In this document: positions 8,701 through 19,243 of the stretch, one piece after another
Layout of the letters: every line of letters starts with the position of its first letter
Position numbering within the stretch: the first letter of the stretch is position 1
Notes under the pieces: model-generated
Told to the model about the DNA's origin: nothing
The model's database searches: none
The model's input: the letters and a program-made list of their open reading frames with translations, nothing else
Source of the DNA: an uncultured Actinomycetota bacterium
GTDB taxonomy: Bacteria > Actinomycetota > Actinomycetes > JAFAQI01
DNA length: 64,000 nt
Direction of reading: 5' to 3'
Assembly (NCBI GenBank): GCA_963770565.1
Contig: CAVYQE010000011.1
Location: 928,001 to 992,000, forward strand
Made by a program: the position numbers and the translations under genes

Positions 8701-10566
8701 CTAGTACCAGTTGAGGACGATCGTCGTACCACGAGGTTGCGGATTGCTCGGGCTGTAGGCGAAGACCTGGCCCGGGCCGCCGGGCAGGAACTCCTTGGGA
8801 TCGGCGTGGAATCCGGCCTCGGTGATCGCTTTGATCGCGTCGGCGAGCGAGTCGCCCCGCACATTGGGCACCGGGAACAGCTTGGGCCCGCGGGAGATCA
8901 CGATCGTGACGGTCGAGCCCTTCACCGCCTGGGCCCCCGGCTTGGGGTTGGAGGAGATCACGTCGCCCTGCTGGACGGTGTTGTTGAAGGCCTGCTTCGC
9001 GTCGATCTGGAAGTTCGCAGCTCTCAGCGCCCTCCGGGCATCGGCGGCGGACATCTGGGTGTCCGGTGGAACGGTGACCATCTGCTGGCCGCGGCTGACG
9101 ATCAGCGTGACGCTCGAACCGGCGTCGACCGTCTCGCCGGCCTTCGGGAAGGTCGCGATCACCTCGCCCTTCGGCAGCGCGTTGTAGCGAGGGTTGGTCC
9201 CGCTGACCTGGATCTGCTGGGCTGCGAGCGTCGCGGTGGCCTCGGTCACCGACATGGTCCGGACGGACGGCACCGGGTGGGTGACCGGACCGGAGGAGAG
9301 TTGGAGCGACACGGTGCCGCCGTGGACGATCCGGCCGTTCGGCGACTCGTTCGCCACCTCGCCGGCCGGAAACACGGCAGAGTGGATTGACGGCAGCCAC
9401 CGCGCGTGCAGTCCGGCCGCCTTCAGCTTCGCGGCCGCCTCAGTCCGGCTGAGGTGTAGGACGTTCGGCGCGCTGGTGTACCGGCCCTCCGCGAACCACC
9501 AGCCGGTGAGACCGGCCAGCAACGCGAGGACAGCGACGAGCGCGGTGACCACGAGCCCGCGCCGGCGGCGCCGCGGTCGCTTGCGCGGGGGAGCGACCGG
9601 TGGGCCGGGACGCCCGCGGCCGACCTGACGCGTCATGTCGTCCGGCCGGGCGCCGTTGGGCGGCATCACCAGCCGGGTCGTCGCCGTCGTCGGCAGGGCC
9701 GGCACGCTGTCGTGCAGGCCGAGCCGGTCGCGGACGTCGACCAGCGAGGAGTGGAACTCGCCGGCGTTCGCCGGCCGCTCGCGCGGGTCGCGTGAGGCCG
9801 CCCAGGTGACCAGCGCGTCGAGCTGCGGCGGGATGCCGGGCACCCGGCTGCTGGGCGCGGGGATGTCCTGGTTGGCGTGCTTCTTCAGCAACGCATACGC
9901 ACTGTCGGCCTCGAACGGGGTGCTCCCGGTCAGTAGCTCGAAGAGCATGATCCCGGCCGAGTAGACGTCGGAGCGGGCATCGGCGTGCCCGAGCTCGAAC
10001 TGCTCCGGGGCGAGGTACGCCGCGGTGCCCAGCAGCACCGACCCGGTAGTTGTGACCGTGGTGCCGGCGACCGCGCGGGCGAGCCCGAAGTCGGCGACCT
10101 TGACCCGGCCGTCCGCAGTGACCAGCACGTTCTCCGGCTTGACGTCGCGGTGCACGAGTCCGGCGGCGTGGGCCGCGGCGAGCGCGGACAGCACATGGTC
10201 CATGACCGCGAGTGCCTCGCCGGGCGTCAGCCGGCCCCGGTCGCGGACCACGGCGCGCAGGTTGGCGCCGGGCACGAACTCCATGACGAGGTAGGCCCGG
10301 CCCGAATCGGTGCCCTGGTCGTAGACCGCGACCACGTCCGGGTTGGACAGCCGGGCCGCTGAGCGGGCTTCACGCTCGAACCGGGCGACCGTCTCCGGGT
10401 CGTCGGACAGGTGCGCGTGCATGACCTTGACGGCGACCCGGCGGTCGAGCCGGGTGTCGGTGGCGAGGTAGACAGATGCCATCCCGCCGTGGGCGATGAA
10501 CGCCTCGACGGCGTATCGGCCTTCGAGCAGCCGACCGACCATCGGGTCGCTCAGCGTCGTGTCCAT
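8701..10566 (-). CDS. pknL: Ser/Thr protein kinase with TM helix and PASTA repeats (PknL-like)
   Basis: HRDVKPEN, DFG, APE and DVYS kinase motifs, TM helix, about 4 PASTA-like repeats; typical position near the dcw region. Confidence 0.9.
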   Translation of the reverse strand: MDTTLSDPMVGRLLEGRYAVEAFIAHGGMASVYLATDTRLDRRVAVKVMHAHLSDDPETVARFEREARSAARLSNPDVVAVYDQGTDSGRAYLVMEFVPGANLRAVVRDRGRLTPGEALAVMDHVLSALAAAHAAGLVHRDVKPENVLVTADGRVKVADFGLARAVAGTTVTTTGSVLLGTAAYLAPEQFELGHADARSDVYSAGIMLFELLTGSTPFEADSAYALLKKHANQDIPAPSSRVPGIPPQLDALVTWAASRDPRERPANAGEFHSSLVDVRDRLGLHDSVPALPTTATTRLVMPPNGARPDDMTRQVGRGRPGPPVAPPRKRPRRRRRGLVVTALVAVLALLAGLTGWWFAEGRYTSAPNVLHLSRTEAAAKLKAAGLHARWLPSIHSAVFPAGEVANESPNGRIVHGGTVSLQLSSGPVTHPVPSVRTMSVTEATATLAAQQIQVSGTNPRYNALPKGEVIATFPKAGETVDAGSSVTLIVSRGQQMVTVPPDTQMSAADARRALRAANFQIDAKQAFNNTVQQGDVISSNPKPGAQAVKGSTVTIVISRGPKLFPVPNVRGDSLADAIKAITEAGFHADPKEFLPGGPGQVFAYSPSNPQPRGTTIVLNWY

Positions 10567-10641
10567 TACCACGAGTCTAAGTCGCGCATCGGAGCCGTCC
10601 GGTGAAGCCGGACCGTACGGGCGGGCGCCGGTTTCGGCCCA

Positions 10642-11520
10642 TTACCGATACGTCTGGCGCAGCGACATCACGTCCGCGACGTACTGCTTGGTCGACGGAT
10701 ACATGCCGTGGTCGATCACCGACTGCAGCCCCTGGTAGTAGCCCGCGACCGCCTGCGAGGTGGAGCTGGCCTCGTGGGTGAGCATCGAGAGCAGGGCGAC
10801 ACCCGCGGTGACGTTGTCGCCCGCGTTGCCGAGGTCGAGCGAACGGTGCACCACGTCCGCGGAGATGAAGCTGCCGGTGGCCGGCATCACCTGCATCGCG
10901 CCGACTGCGCCGACCGGCGACATCTCGCGCATGTTCCAGCCGGACTCCTGCCACGAGACGGCGAGTGCGAGGGACGGATCGAGCCCCCAGCGTGCGGAGG
11001 TCGAGCGGATCAGCGCGGCGACTCCGTCGCGGGAAGGCTCCGGCCGGTCGGCCAGTGATCCGAGCGGGGTCGAAGGCCGGTTTTGGCTTCCCTGCTGGGG
11101 AATTGCCAGCCTGGTCCCGAGTACGACGATGAGCGACCGAGGCAGGTGGTTGCGCTTCGCGATCGTTATCGGGTTGACGTGATACCGGGCGGCGATCCCG
11201 TCGAGGGTGTCGCCGGGAACGACCAGGTGGTAGACGGTTCGAGCGCCTGCGGAGCTTGCCGCACCGGAGATCTTGAGCTCCTGGCCGGCGTAGATCAGGT
11301 CCCCGTCGCCGGGGAGGTGGTTGAGCGCGACCAGGCGAGCGACGGTCGTGTGGTAGCGCAGGGCGATCGCGGAGAGCGTGTCGCCGGGGTGCACCCGGAT
11401 CAGCGCGATGCCCGAGGTCGACCCGGTCAACACGGCCGCGAGAGCCACCGGTACGGCGATCGCGCGGCGCCGCCAGACCGGGGCGATCAGTCGTCGCGCC
11501 AACGGGCCGGAGACGGTCAT
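10642..11520 (-). CDS. Secreted LysM-domain lytic transglycosylase (SLT)
   Basis: Two LysM motifs (VHPGDTLSAIA, VVPGDTLDGIA); SLT motifs WQESGW, GAVGAMQVMP, AGYYQG. Confidence 0.9.
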   Translation of the reverse strand: MTVSGPLARRLIAPVWRRRAIAVPVALAAVLTGSTSGIALIRVHPGDTLSAIALRYHTTVARLVALNHLPGDGDLIYAGQELKISGAASSAGARTVYHLVVPGDTLDGIAARYHVNPITIAKRNHLPRSLIVVLGTRLAIPQQGSQNRPSTPLGSLADRPEPSRDGVAALIRSTSARWGLDPSLALAVSWQESGWNMREMSPVGAVGAMQVMPATGSFISADVVHRSLDLGNAGDNVTAGVALLSMLTHEASSTSQAVAGYYQGLQSVIDHGMYPSTKQYVADVMSLRQTYR

Positions 11521-11541
11521 GGTCGGCCACGCTAGTCCGCT

Positions 11542-11585
11542 TGTGACGCATGTGACAAGAGAGACGGATGTTACAGATGGGTTAC
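11542..11585. promoter_or_regulatory. 9-bp-periodic GTCACA/GTAACA direct repeats (candidate response-regulator boxes)
   Basis: + strand TGTGAC 11542, TGTGAC 11551, AGAGAC 11560, TGTTAC 11569, GTTAC 11581 in the divergent intergenic region. Confidence 0.5.
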
Positions 11586-11601
11586 CTGGCAGAATCCGGC
11601 T

Positions 11602-12600
11602 ATGGCCGAACCCTGGACCCTGCTCGCGCTCGCGCCACTCGACCTGGCCGGGTTCGAAAGTCTGTTCGCCGGGCTCCCGGTGCGGGTCGTCGTGCCGGCC
11701 GCGCGCACCCCTGCCGGCGTGCTGGCGGTGGCGGCACCGGCCGAGATCGTGGTGGGGAGCTGGAACCATGACTTGGACGTCTCGGCCGAACTGTTGGCGG
11801 CGGCGCCGCGGGTGGCGTTCGTCCAGCAGCCGAGCTCGGGCGTGGATTGCGTCGATCTCGACGCCTGCCGGTCGGCCGGCGTACCGGTGGCCAACACCGG
11901 CGAGGCCAACACCCGCAGCGTGGCCGAGTGGTGTGTCGCGGCCACCTTCGCGGTGACCCGCTCGCTGGCGTGGGCCGACCGGCAGATCCGGGCCGGCGGG
12001 TGGCCCCAGTTCGAGATCGCCCCGCGGGGTGGCGGCGAGCTCAGCGGGCGCCGGGTCGGGATCGTCGGGATGGGCTCGATCGGGCGCGAGTGTGCACGCC
12101 GCTTCGTCGCGTTGGGCTGCGACGTCGCGCACTGGAGCCGCACACGCCGCGACGCCGCGGACGCCGGGGGTGCGCGGTGGATGGAGTTCGACGAGCTGCT
12201 GCGGCACTCGCAGGTGCTGGTGGTCGTCATTGCGCTCACCCCGGAGACGCGCGGCCTGATCGGGGCCGCGGAGCTGGCCGCACTGCCGTCGGGCGCGTTC
12301 GTGATCAACGCCGCGCGCGGTGATCTCTTGTCGGAGGAGGCGTTGCTGGCCGCGATCACGTCCGGGTCGATCGCCGGCGGCGCGCTCGACGTCTATTCGA
12401 CCGAGCCGCTCCCGGCCGACTCACCACTGCGGTCCGAGGAGCGCCTGCTGCTCTCCCCGCACGCCGCGGCCGCGACGAATGAGGCGATGAGCAGCCTGAT
12501 CGGCAACGTCGTCAGCAACGTCCGCCGAGCGGTGTCCGGCGAGCCGGTCATCGACGTCGTCAACGGCGTCGAGCCGCTTATTCGGCGCCGGGAAGCCTGA
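11602..12600 (+). CDS. D-isomer-specific 2-hydroxyacid dehydrogenase
   Basis: GIVGMGSIG, INAARG, ALDVYSTEP and SPHAA motifs. Confidence 0.9.
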   Translation: MAEPWTLLALAPLDLAGFESLFAGLPVRVVVPAARTPAGVLAVAAPAEIVVGSWNHDLDVSAELLAAAPRVAFVQQPSSGVDCVDLDACRSAGVPVANTGEANTRSVAEWCVAATFAVTRSLAWADRQIRAGGWPQFEIAPRGGGELSGRRVGIVGMGSIGRECARRFVALGCDVAHWSRTRRDAADAGGARWMEFDELLRHSQVLVVVIALTPETRGLIGAAELAALPSGAFVINAARGDLLSEEALLAAITSGSIAGGALDVYSTEPLPADSPLRSEERLLLSPHAAAATNEAMSSLIGNVVSNVRRAVSGEPVIDVVNGVEPLIRRREA

Positions 12601-13459
12601 CCTCGACCTCGCCGTCGACCACCCGGGTTTCGAATCGCGGCATCGGGGCGGTGGCCGGACCGTGGACGACCCCGCCGTCGGAGAGCCGGAACGTCGAACC
12701 GTGCCACGGGCAGACCACGCAGCCCTGGCCGTCCTTTGCGGTGAAGGTGCCCTCCGAGAGCGGTGCACCGAGGTGGGAACAGGTATCGGCGAGGACGTCG
12801 ACGTGTCCGCCGCGCCGGACCGCGACCAGGCCGATGCCATCGACCGATCGCTTCACCAGCTCGGCGTCCGGCAGGTCGTCGAGCCGGCCGATGCCGTGCC
12901 AGCCGTCGGGAAACACCTCGTTGACCGCTTCGGCATGGTTGACCCCGGCGGCCTGCCGGAAGGCCAGGTGCCCGCCGAGGTAGCCGGTCGCGGTCACCAT
13001 CGCGAAGCCGGCGTACGCCCAGGCCTTGCCGCGGAGCCGCCGGCCGCGCGCGCGAGCCGACAGCGACGCGACGTAGCAGGTGAAGGCGACCGCGCCGCTC
13101 GCGGCGTGCACCAGGCCGACCCGTTGCTGCCGTTCGGTGAGCTCGGCCCAGTCGGCCCAGCCGGCCAGGATGGTCGGGACGTAGCCGACGCAGCCGGCGG
13201 CGATCAGGGTGGTGGCGGCCTTGCCGGTGCCCGGGATTGCGTCGAGAACGGCGGCCGAGGTCCAGGTGCCGATCGGGATGTCGGTCAGCGGCGGGTGCAA
13301 CGGGTGACCGATCCATACGCCGTGCAGCGCATCCCGGACCGACTGGCGCCCCAACGCGGCTTGCACGACCTTGCGGACCACCGTGACGGCCGGATCGAGG
13401 GTCCCGGCGTGCTCCAGCCGGTCGACGACGTCGGTCACTCCGCTGGTGTTGACGGGCAT
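12578..13459 (-). CDS. DUF2231 + Rieske 2Fe-2S domain protein
   Basis: GHPLHPPLTDIPIG; CSHLG and CPWHGS Rieske motifs. Confidence 0.9.
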   Translation of the reverse strand: MPVNTSGVTDVVDRLEHAGTLDPAVTVVRKVVQAALGRQSVRDALHGVWIGHPLHPPLTDIPIGTWTSAAVLDAIPGTGKAATTLIAAGCVGYVPTILAGWADWAELTERQQRVGLVHAASGAVAFTCYVASLSARARGRRLRGKAWAYAGFAMVTATGYLGGHLAFRQAAGVNHAEAVNEVFPDGWHGIGRLDDLPDAELVKRSVDGIGLVAVRRGGHVDVLADTCSHLGAPLSEGTFTAKDGQGCVVCPWHGSTFRLSDGGVVHGPATAPMPRFETRVVDGEVEVRLPGAE

Positions 13460-13563
13460 CGGCTTACTCCTCGATCGACAGGCGACGCTATCGCCTCACG
13501 TCTGATCAAACGCGCCCGCCTTGCCTCGGGTTCATCCGGGGTCGCTCTGCTCCGTCGGGACGG

Positions 13564-14541
<978 letters not shown>

Positions 14542-14545
<4 letters not shown>

Positions 14546-15702
14546 GCGCGTGTCCCCGCGACCGCGAAGCGTCCTGGTGAAACGACATCGAGCAACTCGC
14601 GGTCCGCGTCGGTGGTCGAGCCGGTCACCATCGCCGCGACCAGGTCGGCGGTCAATGGCGCGAGCAGTACGCCGTTGCGGAAGTGACCGGTCGCGACGAT
14701 CAGTCCCTTGGTCGCGGTCGGTCCGATGATCGGGGTGTTGTCCGGGGAGCCGGGTCTCAGTGCCGCGGTGATCTCGGCCAGCTCGAGCTCGTCGATCGCC
14801 GGCATCACCGCGCGGGCGTCGCGGAGCAGTTCGCGGACCGCGCCGGCACGGGTCGTGGTGTCGAAACCGAGCTCCTCCACGGTCGCGCCGACGACCAGTT
14901 CACCGTCGGCCCTCGGCACCAGGTAGATCTCGTGGCCGTTGACCAGCCCACGGATGCAGTAGGTCGGCAGCAGGGCGGCCGAGCGGGCGCGGAGCCGGAG
15001 GATCTGGCCTTTCACCGGTCGCACCGGCGGTCGTTCGGCGGTCGGGATGCCGTCGATGTCGCCGGACCACGGGCCGGCCGCGAGAACGACGGTCGTCGCG
15101 TCGATTGCTTGGCCGTCGTCGAGGATCACCCCGGTTGCCATATCGCCCTTAGTGGTAATGGCCGCTACTCGCTCCCGGATCACTTCGACGCTGCTGGCTT
15201 CGAGGACGGCCAGCAACGCCGCGGCGATCCGTCGGTTGTCGACGGTCAGGTCGCTCCCGGCCAGCAACCCGCAGCGGACGTCGGGGCTCACCATCGGCTC
15301 GAGTTCGCGGCACTCACGCGAGGTCAGCATCGTGGCCGACAAACCGAGCCTGGTCTGGAAGGCATGCAGCTCGCCGAGCTCGGCCCGGTCACCGGCGTCG
15401 GTCGCGACGACCAGCATGCCCTCGCGCCGCAGGCCGACCTGGTGTCCGCTGGCCGACTCGAGCTCGGTCACAAAGTCCGGATAGCGGCGCAGCGACTCGA
15501 GACCGAAGCGGAGCAGCGGGGTTTCGCCGTACGAGACTTCGCTGATCGGCGCGAGCATCCCGGCCGCGGCGTGCGAGGCGCCACTCGCGGGCGCTGGATC
15601 GATGACGCAGACGCGAAGGTCGTGTTGGGCGAGTCGCCAGGCGCCGGCCAGCCCGATCAGGCCGCCGCCGATGACCGCGACGTCGACGACTCGCGTGCCC
15701 AT
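14542..15702 (-). CDS. thiO: Glycine oxidase
   Basis: GGGLIG, AAAGML, RPVKGQ and GHFRNGVLLAP motifs. Confidence 0.94.
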
Positions 15703-15713
15703 TTGCTGGCCTC

Positions 15714-15800
15714 CTGCTCCCTTCGCCGGCATGACCCGGATCAGGTTCAACGGTCGGTGGCCGCGCCACCCTCTCAGCCCTTGCGGACTCCCGTGCGGAC
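15714..15800 (-). ncRNA. TPP riboswitch
   Basis: Minus strand GGGAG...GCTGAGA...GAACCTGATCCGGGTCATGCCGGCGAAGGGAG immediately upstream of the thiO RBS. Confidence 0.95.
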
Positions 15801-15835
15801 TTCAGGGTACGCCCGGGTGCAACTACCCTGCAGTC

Positions 15836-16186
15836 GTGGATCTCGAGGATCTTGCGGCTAGCTGGCTGACCCTTCCCGACCTCGCCGAGCAGATCGGCGA
15901 ACCGCTGTCGAAGGTTCGCGACTGGGTCCGGGAGCGGCGGCTGGTCGTGATCGAGCGTGGTACGCCGCCGATCAAATGCGTGCCGGTCGAGTTTGTCCGC
16001 GACGGCGAGTTGGTCAAGGGCCTCTTCGGTGCGCTGACCGTCTTGGCCGACGCCGGCTACTCGCCGGCTGAAGCATTGCGGTGGCTACTGACCGACGAGC
16101 CGGCGTTGCCGGGCCGCCCGGTCGACCTGATGGCAGAGGGCCGCCATCACGCGGTCAAGCGCCGCGCCATGCTGTTGGCCTTCTGA
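15836..16186 (+). CDS. Rv2175c-family DNA-binding protein
   Basis: [15 protein letters not shown]-like N-terminus; [10 protein letters not shown]...PGRPVD...AMLLAF C-terminus; TACCCT -10 6 nt before GTG. Confidence 0.85.
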   Translation: MDLEDLAASWLTLPDLAEQIGEPLSKVRDWVRERRLVVIERGTPPIKCVPVEFVRDGELVKGLFGALTVLADAGYSPAEALRWLLTDEPALPGRPVDLMAEGRHHAVKRRAMLLAF

Positions 16187-16193
16187 CCGTTCG

Positions 16194-16841
16194 ATGACCG
16201 GCGCCGAACGACGTGCCCGGCTGGCTGCCGCTCGTCTCTACTTGTGTACGGATGCGCGGCGCCGACAGGGCGATCTGGCCGAGTTCCTCGATGCGGTGCT
16301 CGGCGCCGGGGTCGACATCGTGCAACTGCGCGAGAAAGGCATCGAGGCACGCGAGGAGATTGCCGTCGCCGAGGTCTTCGCGGCGGCGGCGCGTCGGCAC
16401 GGCGCGTTGTTCAGCATCAACGACCGTGCTGACGTGGCGTACGTCGTCGGACCGGATGTGCTGCACCTCGGGCAGGACGACCTGCCGGTCGATGCGGCGC
16501 GCGAGCTGCTGGGCGACGACATCGTGATCGGTCGTTCGACACATGGTGAGTCGGAGGTCGACGAGGCCCGCCGGCAGCCGGGGGTCGACTACTTCTGCGT
16601 CGGCCCGACCTGGCCGACCCCGACGAAACCCGGCCGGCCGGCACCCGGACTGCCGCTGTTGGAGCACGCCGCCGCAGGTGCGGGGGAGCGGCCGTGGTTC
16701 GCGATCGGTGGCATCGACGAGAGCACGCTCGATGCCGTGCTCGATGCCGGGGCGACGAGGGTCGTCGTGGTGCGCGCGATCACGGAGGCGGCCGATCCGG
16801 CTGCGGCGGCGGCATCCTTGGCGCGGCGGCTGCGCGGCTGA
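16194..16841 (+). CDS. thiE: Thiamine-phosphate synthase
   Basis: QLREK, INDRAD, HLGQDD, GRSTH, PTPTK and AIGGI motifs. Confidence 0.95.
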   Translation: MTGAERRARLAAARLYLCTDARRRQGDLAEFLDAVLGAGVDIVQLREKGIEAREEIAVAEVFAAAARRHGALFSINDRADVAYVVGPDVLHLGQDDLPVDAARELLGDDIVIGRSTHGESEVDEARRQPGVDYFCVGPTWPTPTKPGRPAPGLPLLEHAAAGAGERPWFAIGGIDESTLDAVLDAGATRVVVVRAITEAADPAAAAASLARRLRG

Positions 16842-17155
16842 TGCGCTACCTCGCGGTCATGCTCGGCTGCGTGGTGGTGACGCTGCCGCTCGAGCTGCGG
16901 TTGCACGCGCGGGTCTATCGGCGCTGGCGACGGTTGCTGCTCACCCTGGCCCCGGTGCTTGCGGTGTTCGTGACCTGGGACGTGCTCGCGATCCATGCGC
17001 ATGACTGGTCGTATCGCCATCTGACCGGACTGCGAATCGGTGACCTGCCGATCGAGGAGATCGCGTTCTTCGTCGTCGTGCCGACCTGCTCGCTGCTGAC
17101 GCTGGAGGCGGTGCGCCGGCTTCGCCCGTCATGGCGGGCCGGCGACGAGCAATGA
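16841..17155 (+). CDS. crtYc: Heterodimeric lycopene cyclase subunit (CrtYc-like)
   Basis: Hydrophobic protein with FVTWD and LPIEEIAFF motifs; TGATG overlap with thiE. Confidence 0.8.
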   Translation: MRYLAVMLGCVVVTLPLELRLHARVYRRWRRLLLTLAPVLAVFVTWDVLAIHAHDWSYRHLTGLRIGDLPIEEIAFFVVVPTCSLLTLEAVRRLRPSWRAGDEQ

Positions 17156-17451
17156 CCTACACACTGGCTGCCGTCCTCGGCGTCGGCTTCGCGGCCATCC
17201 TCGATCTGCTGGTGCTGCGGACGAACTTGTTGCGGCGCAAGGTGTTTTGGGCGTCGTACGCCGTGATCCTCGTCTTCCAGCTGCTCGTGAACGGCATCCT
17301 GACCGGGCAGCGACTCGTGGTGTATGCATCGGCGGACATCATCGGTTGGCGGGTCGCGTACGCGCCGGTCGAGGATCTGTTCTTCGGGTTCTCGCTGGTG
17401 TTGCAGACGTTGGCATGGTGGGTCTGGTGGGGCCGCCGGGGCGTCAGCTAG
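17152..17451 (+). CDS. crtYd: Heterodimeric lycopene cyclase subunit (CrtYd-like)
   Basis: Hydrophobic protein with NGILT and APVEDLFFG motifs; ATGA overlap with the previous gene. Confidence 0.8.
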   Translation: MTYTLAAVLGVGFAAILDLLVLRTNLLRRKVFWASYAVILVFQLLVNGILTGQRLVVYASADIIGWRVAYAPVEDLFFGFSLVLQTLAWWVWWGRRGVS

Positions 17452-18857
17452 CCATCTCCGATCCAGGGTTGCCATTCGTCGTCACCGTCATCGGTGCTTG
17501 GTGGATCAGAATCGGCGTAATGCCACGACTCGTCGTTGTCTGGCGGCGGGTCGTCCTCCGGCGGGTCGAGAAGCTCGATCGGATAGGTGCCGGCGTAGCG
17601 TGGTGTAGCGGAAGCCGAACGCACTCGTCCAGGTCTCGGTGCCGTCGGGGTTGAGGGTGACCGACCAGAGGCCGTGGGTCTTGAGGTTGTGATGCATGCG
17701 GCACAACGCGTGCAGGTTGTCCGTGCGAGTCCGGCCGCCGCAGCCGTGTGCAATTGCGTGATCGGCGTCGCATTTGATCGCGCGGCGGCTGCAGCCAGGG
17801 AACCGGCAGGTCCGATCGCGCGCGTCGATGATACGGCGCAGCGCGGCGGACGGGCGGTAGCTGGCACCGAGGTCGATCATCGTGCCGGTCATCGGGTCGG
17901 TGATCAGCCGGCGCAGCGTTGCGTCCTTGCTGAGCTCGACGTGCGGTCTCTGCGGTGATCGGCCCGTAGCCGGAGAGCTCGCCCGGCCGCTCGGTCAGGC
18001 CAAGCAGCGTGGTGAGGTCGATCGTGACGACGGTCTGGATGGTCGGCCGTGCGACGGCTTGCTCACCCAGCACGTATTGGGCCAGCGCATCGATGCGCCG
18101 CTGGCCGATCGGTCGCACGTCGCCGTCCCGGCCGAGCGCCTCGGCCCGATGCTCGATCGCGTCCATGACATTGCGCAGCGGGAGTGCGTCACCGGTCGCA
18201 ACCAGCGTCGCGCACTCGTGGTCTTCGGCATAGAGGGAGACGTCGCCGTACTGCTTTGCCTTGACGGCGCGATCCTCCGCACCGTCCGGGTCGAGGGCGA
18301 TCACAGCACGGCGGGCCGCGTTGGCGAGCTGCGTCGGCGTCCAGCCCCGCGCGATCGCCTGGGGCACGACTCGCGCGTCGACCGCTTCGGCAACCCGCGG
18401 CATGCACGCTCGAGTCGACGTGCTGAGCACCTTGAGGTGCGCCAACGTGAGGTCGCCACGGTTGAGTGCCTCCCACGACAGCGGGAGTGCGTCGCCGATC
18501 CGCTCGACCATCGCGACCCGCTCCATTGAGCTGCCGAACGAGACGTGCGTCATCACTGCGACGTCCTGCGCGACGATCTGGGCCGCGTCGTGCCCGGAGA
18601 GGAAGTCGGGGAGATCGGCGCCTCGAAGTGCCTCGGCAAGGGAGATCATCGATTGCGCCTGCACCCAGGAGGCCAGCCGATCCCACAGCGCGGTCATCCG
18701 AGCGGCCGTCGTACAGTCCATCTGCAGGCCTTGGAGGCGGGCAAGGGTAGCTGGCCAACAGCGGACCGACCGGCTGCTGTTCTGCTTCGGTCACGAGGAC
18801 AGCGACGCGCGCGTAGAGCGCATCCGTCGCCGGATCCGGCGCCCACCTCTCGTACAT
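17448..18857 (-). pseudogene. DUF222/HNH endonuclease (REP13E12-like), about 3 frameshifts (real decay or assembly error)
   Basis: DUF222-like QRRIDAL and GELSGYGPI; HNH motifs RDRTCRFPGC, DADH, GGRTRTDNLHALCRMHHNLKT; pieces in successive frames. Confidence 0.8.
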
Positions 18858-18860
18858 CTC

Positions 18861-18876
18861 TCGAACATACATTCGA
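18861..18876 (-). promoter_or_regulatory. LexA (SOS) box overlapping the HNH gene promoter
   Basis: TCGAATGTATGTTCGA, one mismatch to TCGAAC-N4-GTTCGA; -35 TTGCCA, 17 nt, -10 TATGTT, 6 nt, ATG. Confidence 0.8.
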
Positions 18877-19243
18877 ATACCGGGTATGGCAAGCCCGCGA
18901 ATCGCGCCTGTGGACACGACCTCGAGTCGAGTAGGTCATGCTCGCAGGGTGAGCAACCACGCGCGCCGCCGGCGGGGGCCCGACGATCGCCGAAGGGGAT
19001 CGATCCGCCCGGCTTCTTCGGTCGCCTGCGCCGCTGGCTCGGCCCGGCACAGGGCAGGGACCGGTTCCCGCGACGCGGGAGCGGCAACCGCGCGGATGAA
19101 CGCTGCCGTGCGGGCGGGCTACTTCCGCGGCTCGCGCCGACAACGCTGACGGCGCACGACGCGGGCGGCCGACGGCCCACGCGCCACTGAGGACAGAACG
19201 CCGACCCGGCCAACCACTCGGTCGAGGTTGGCGTCTCGGAGTC

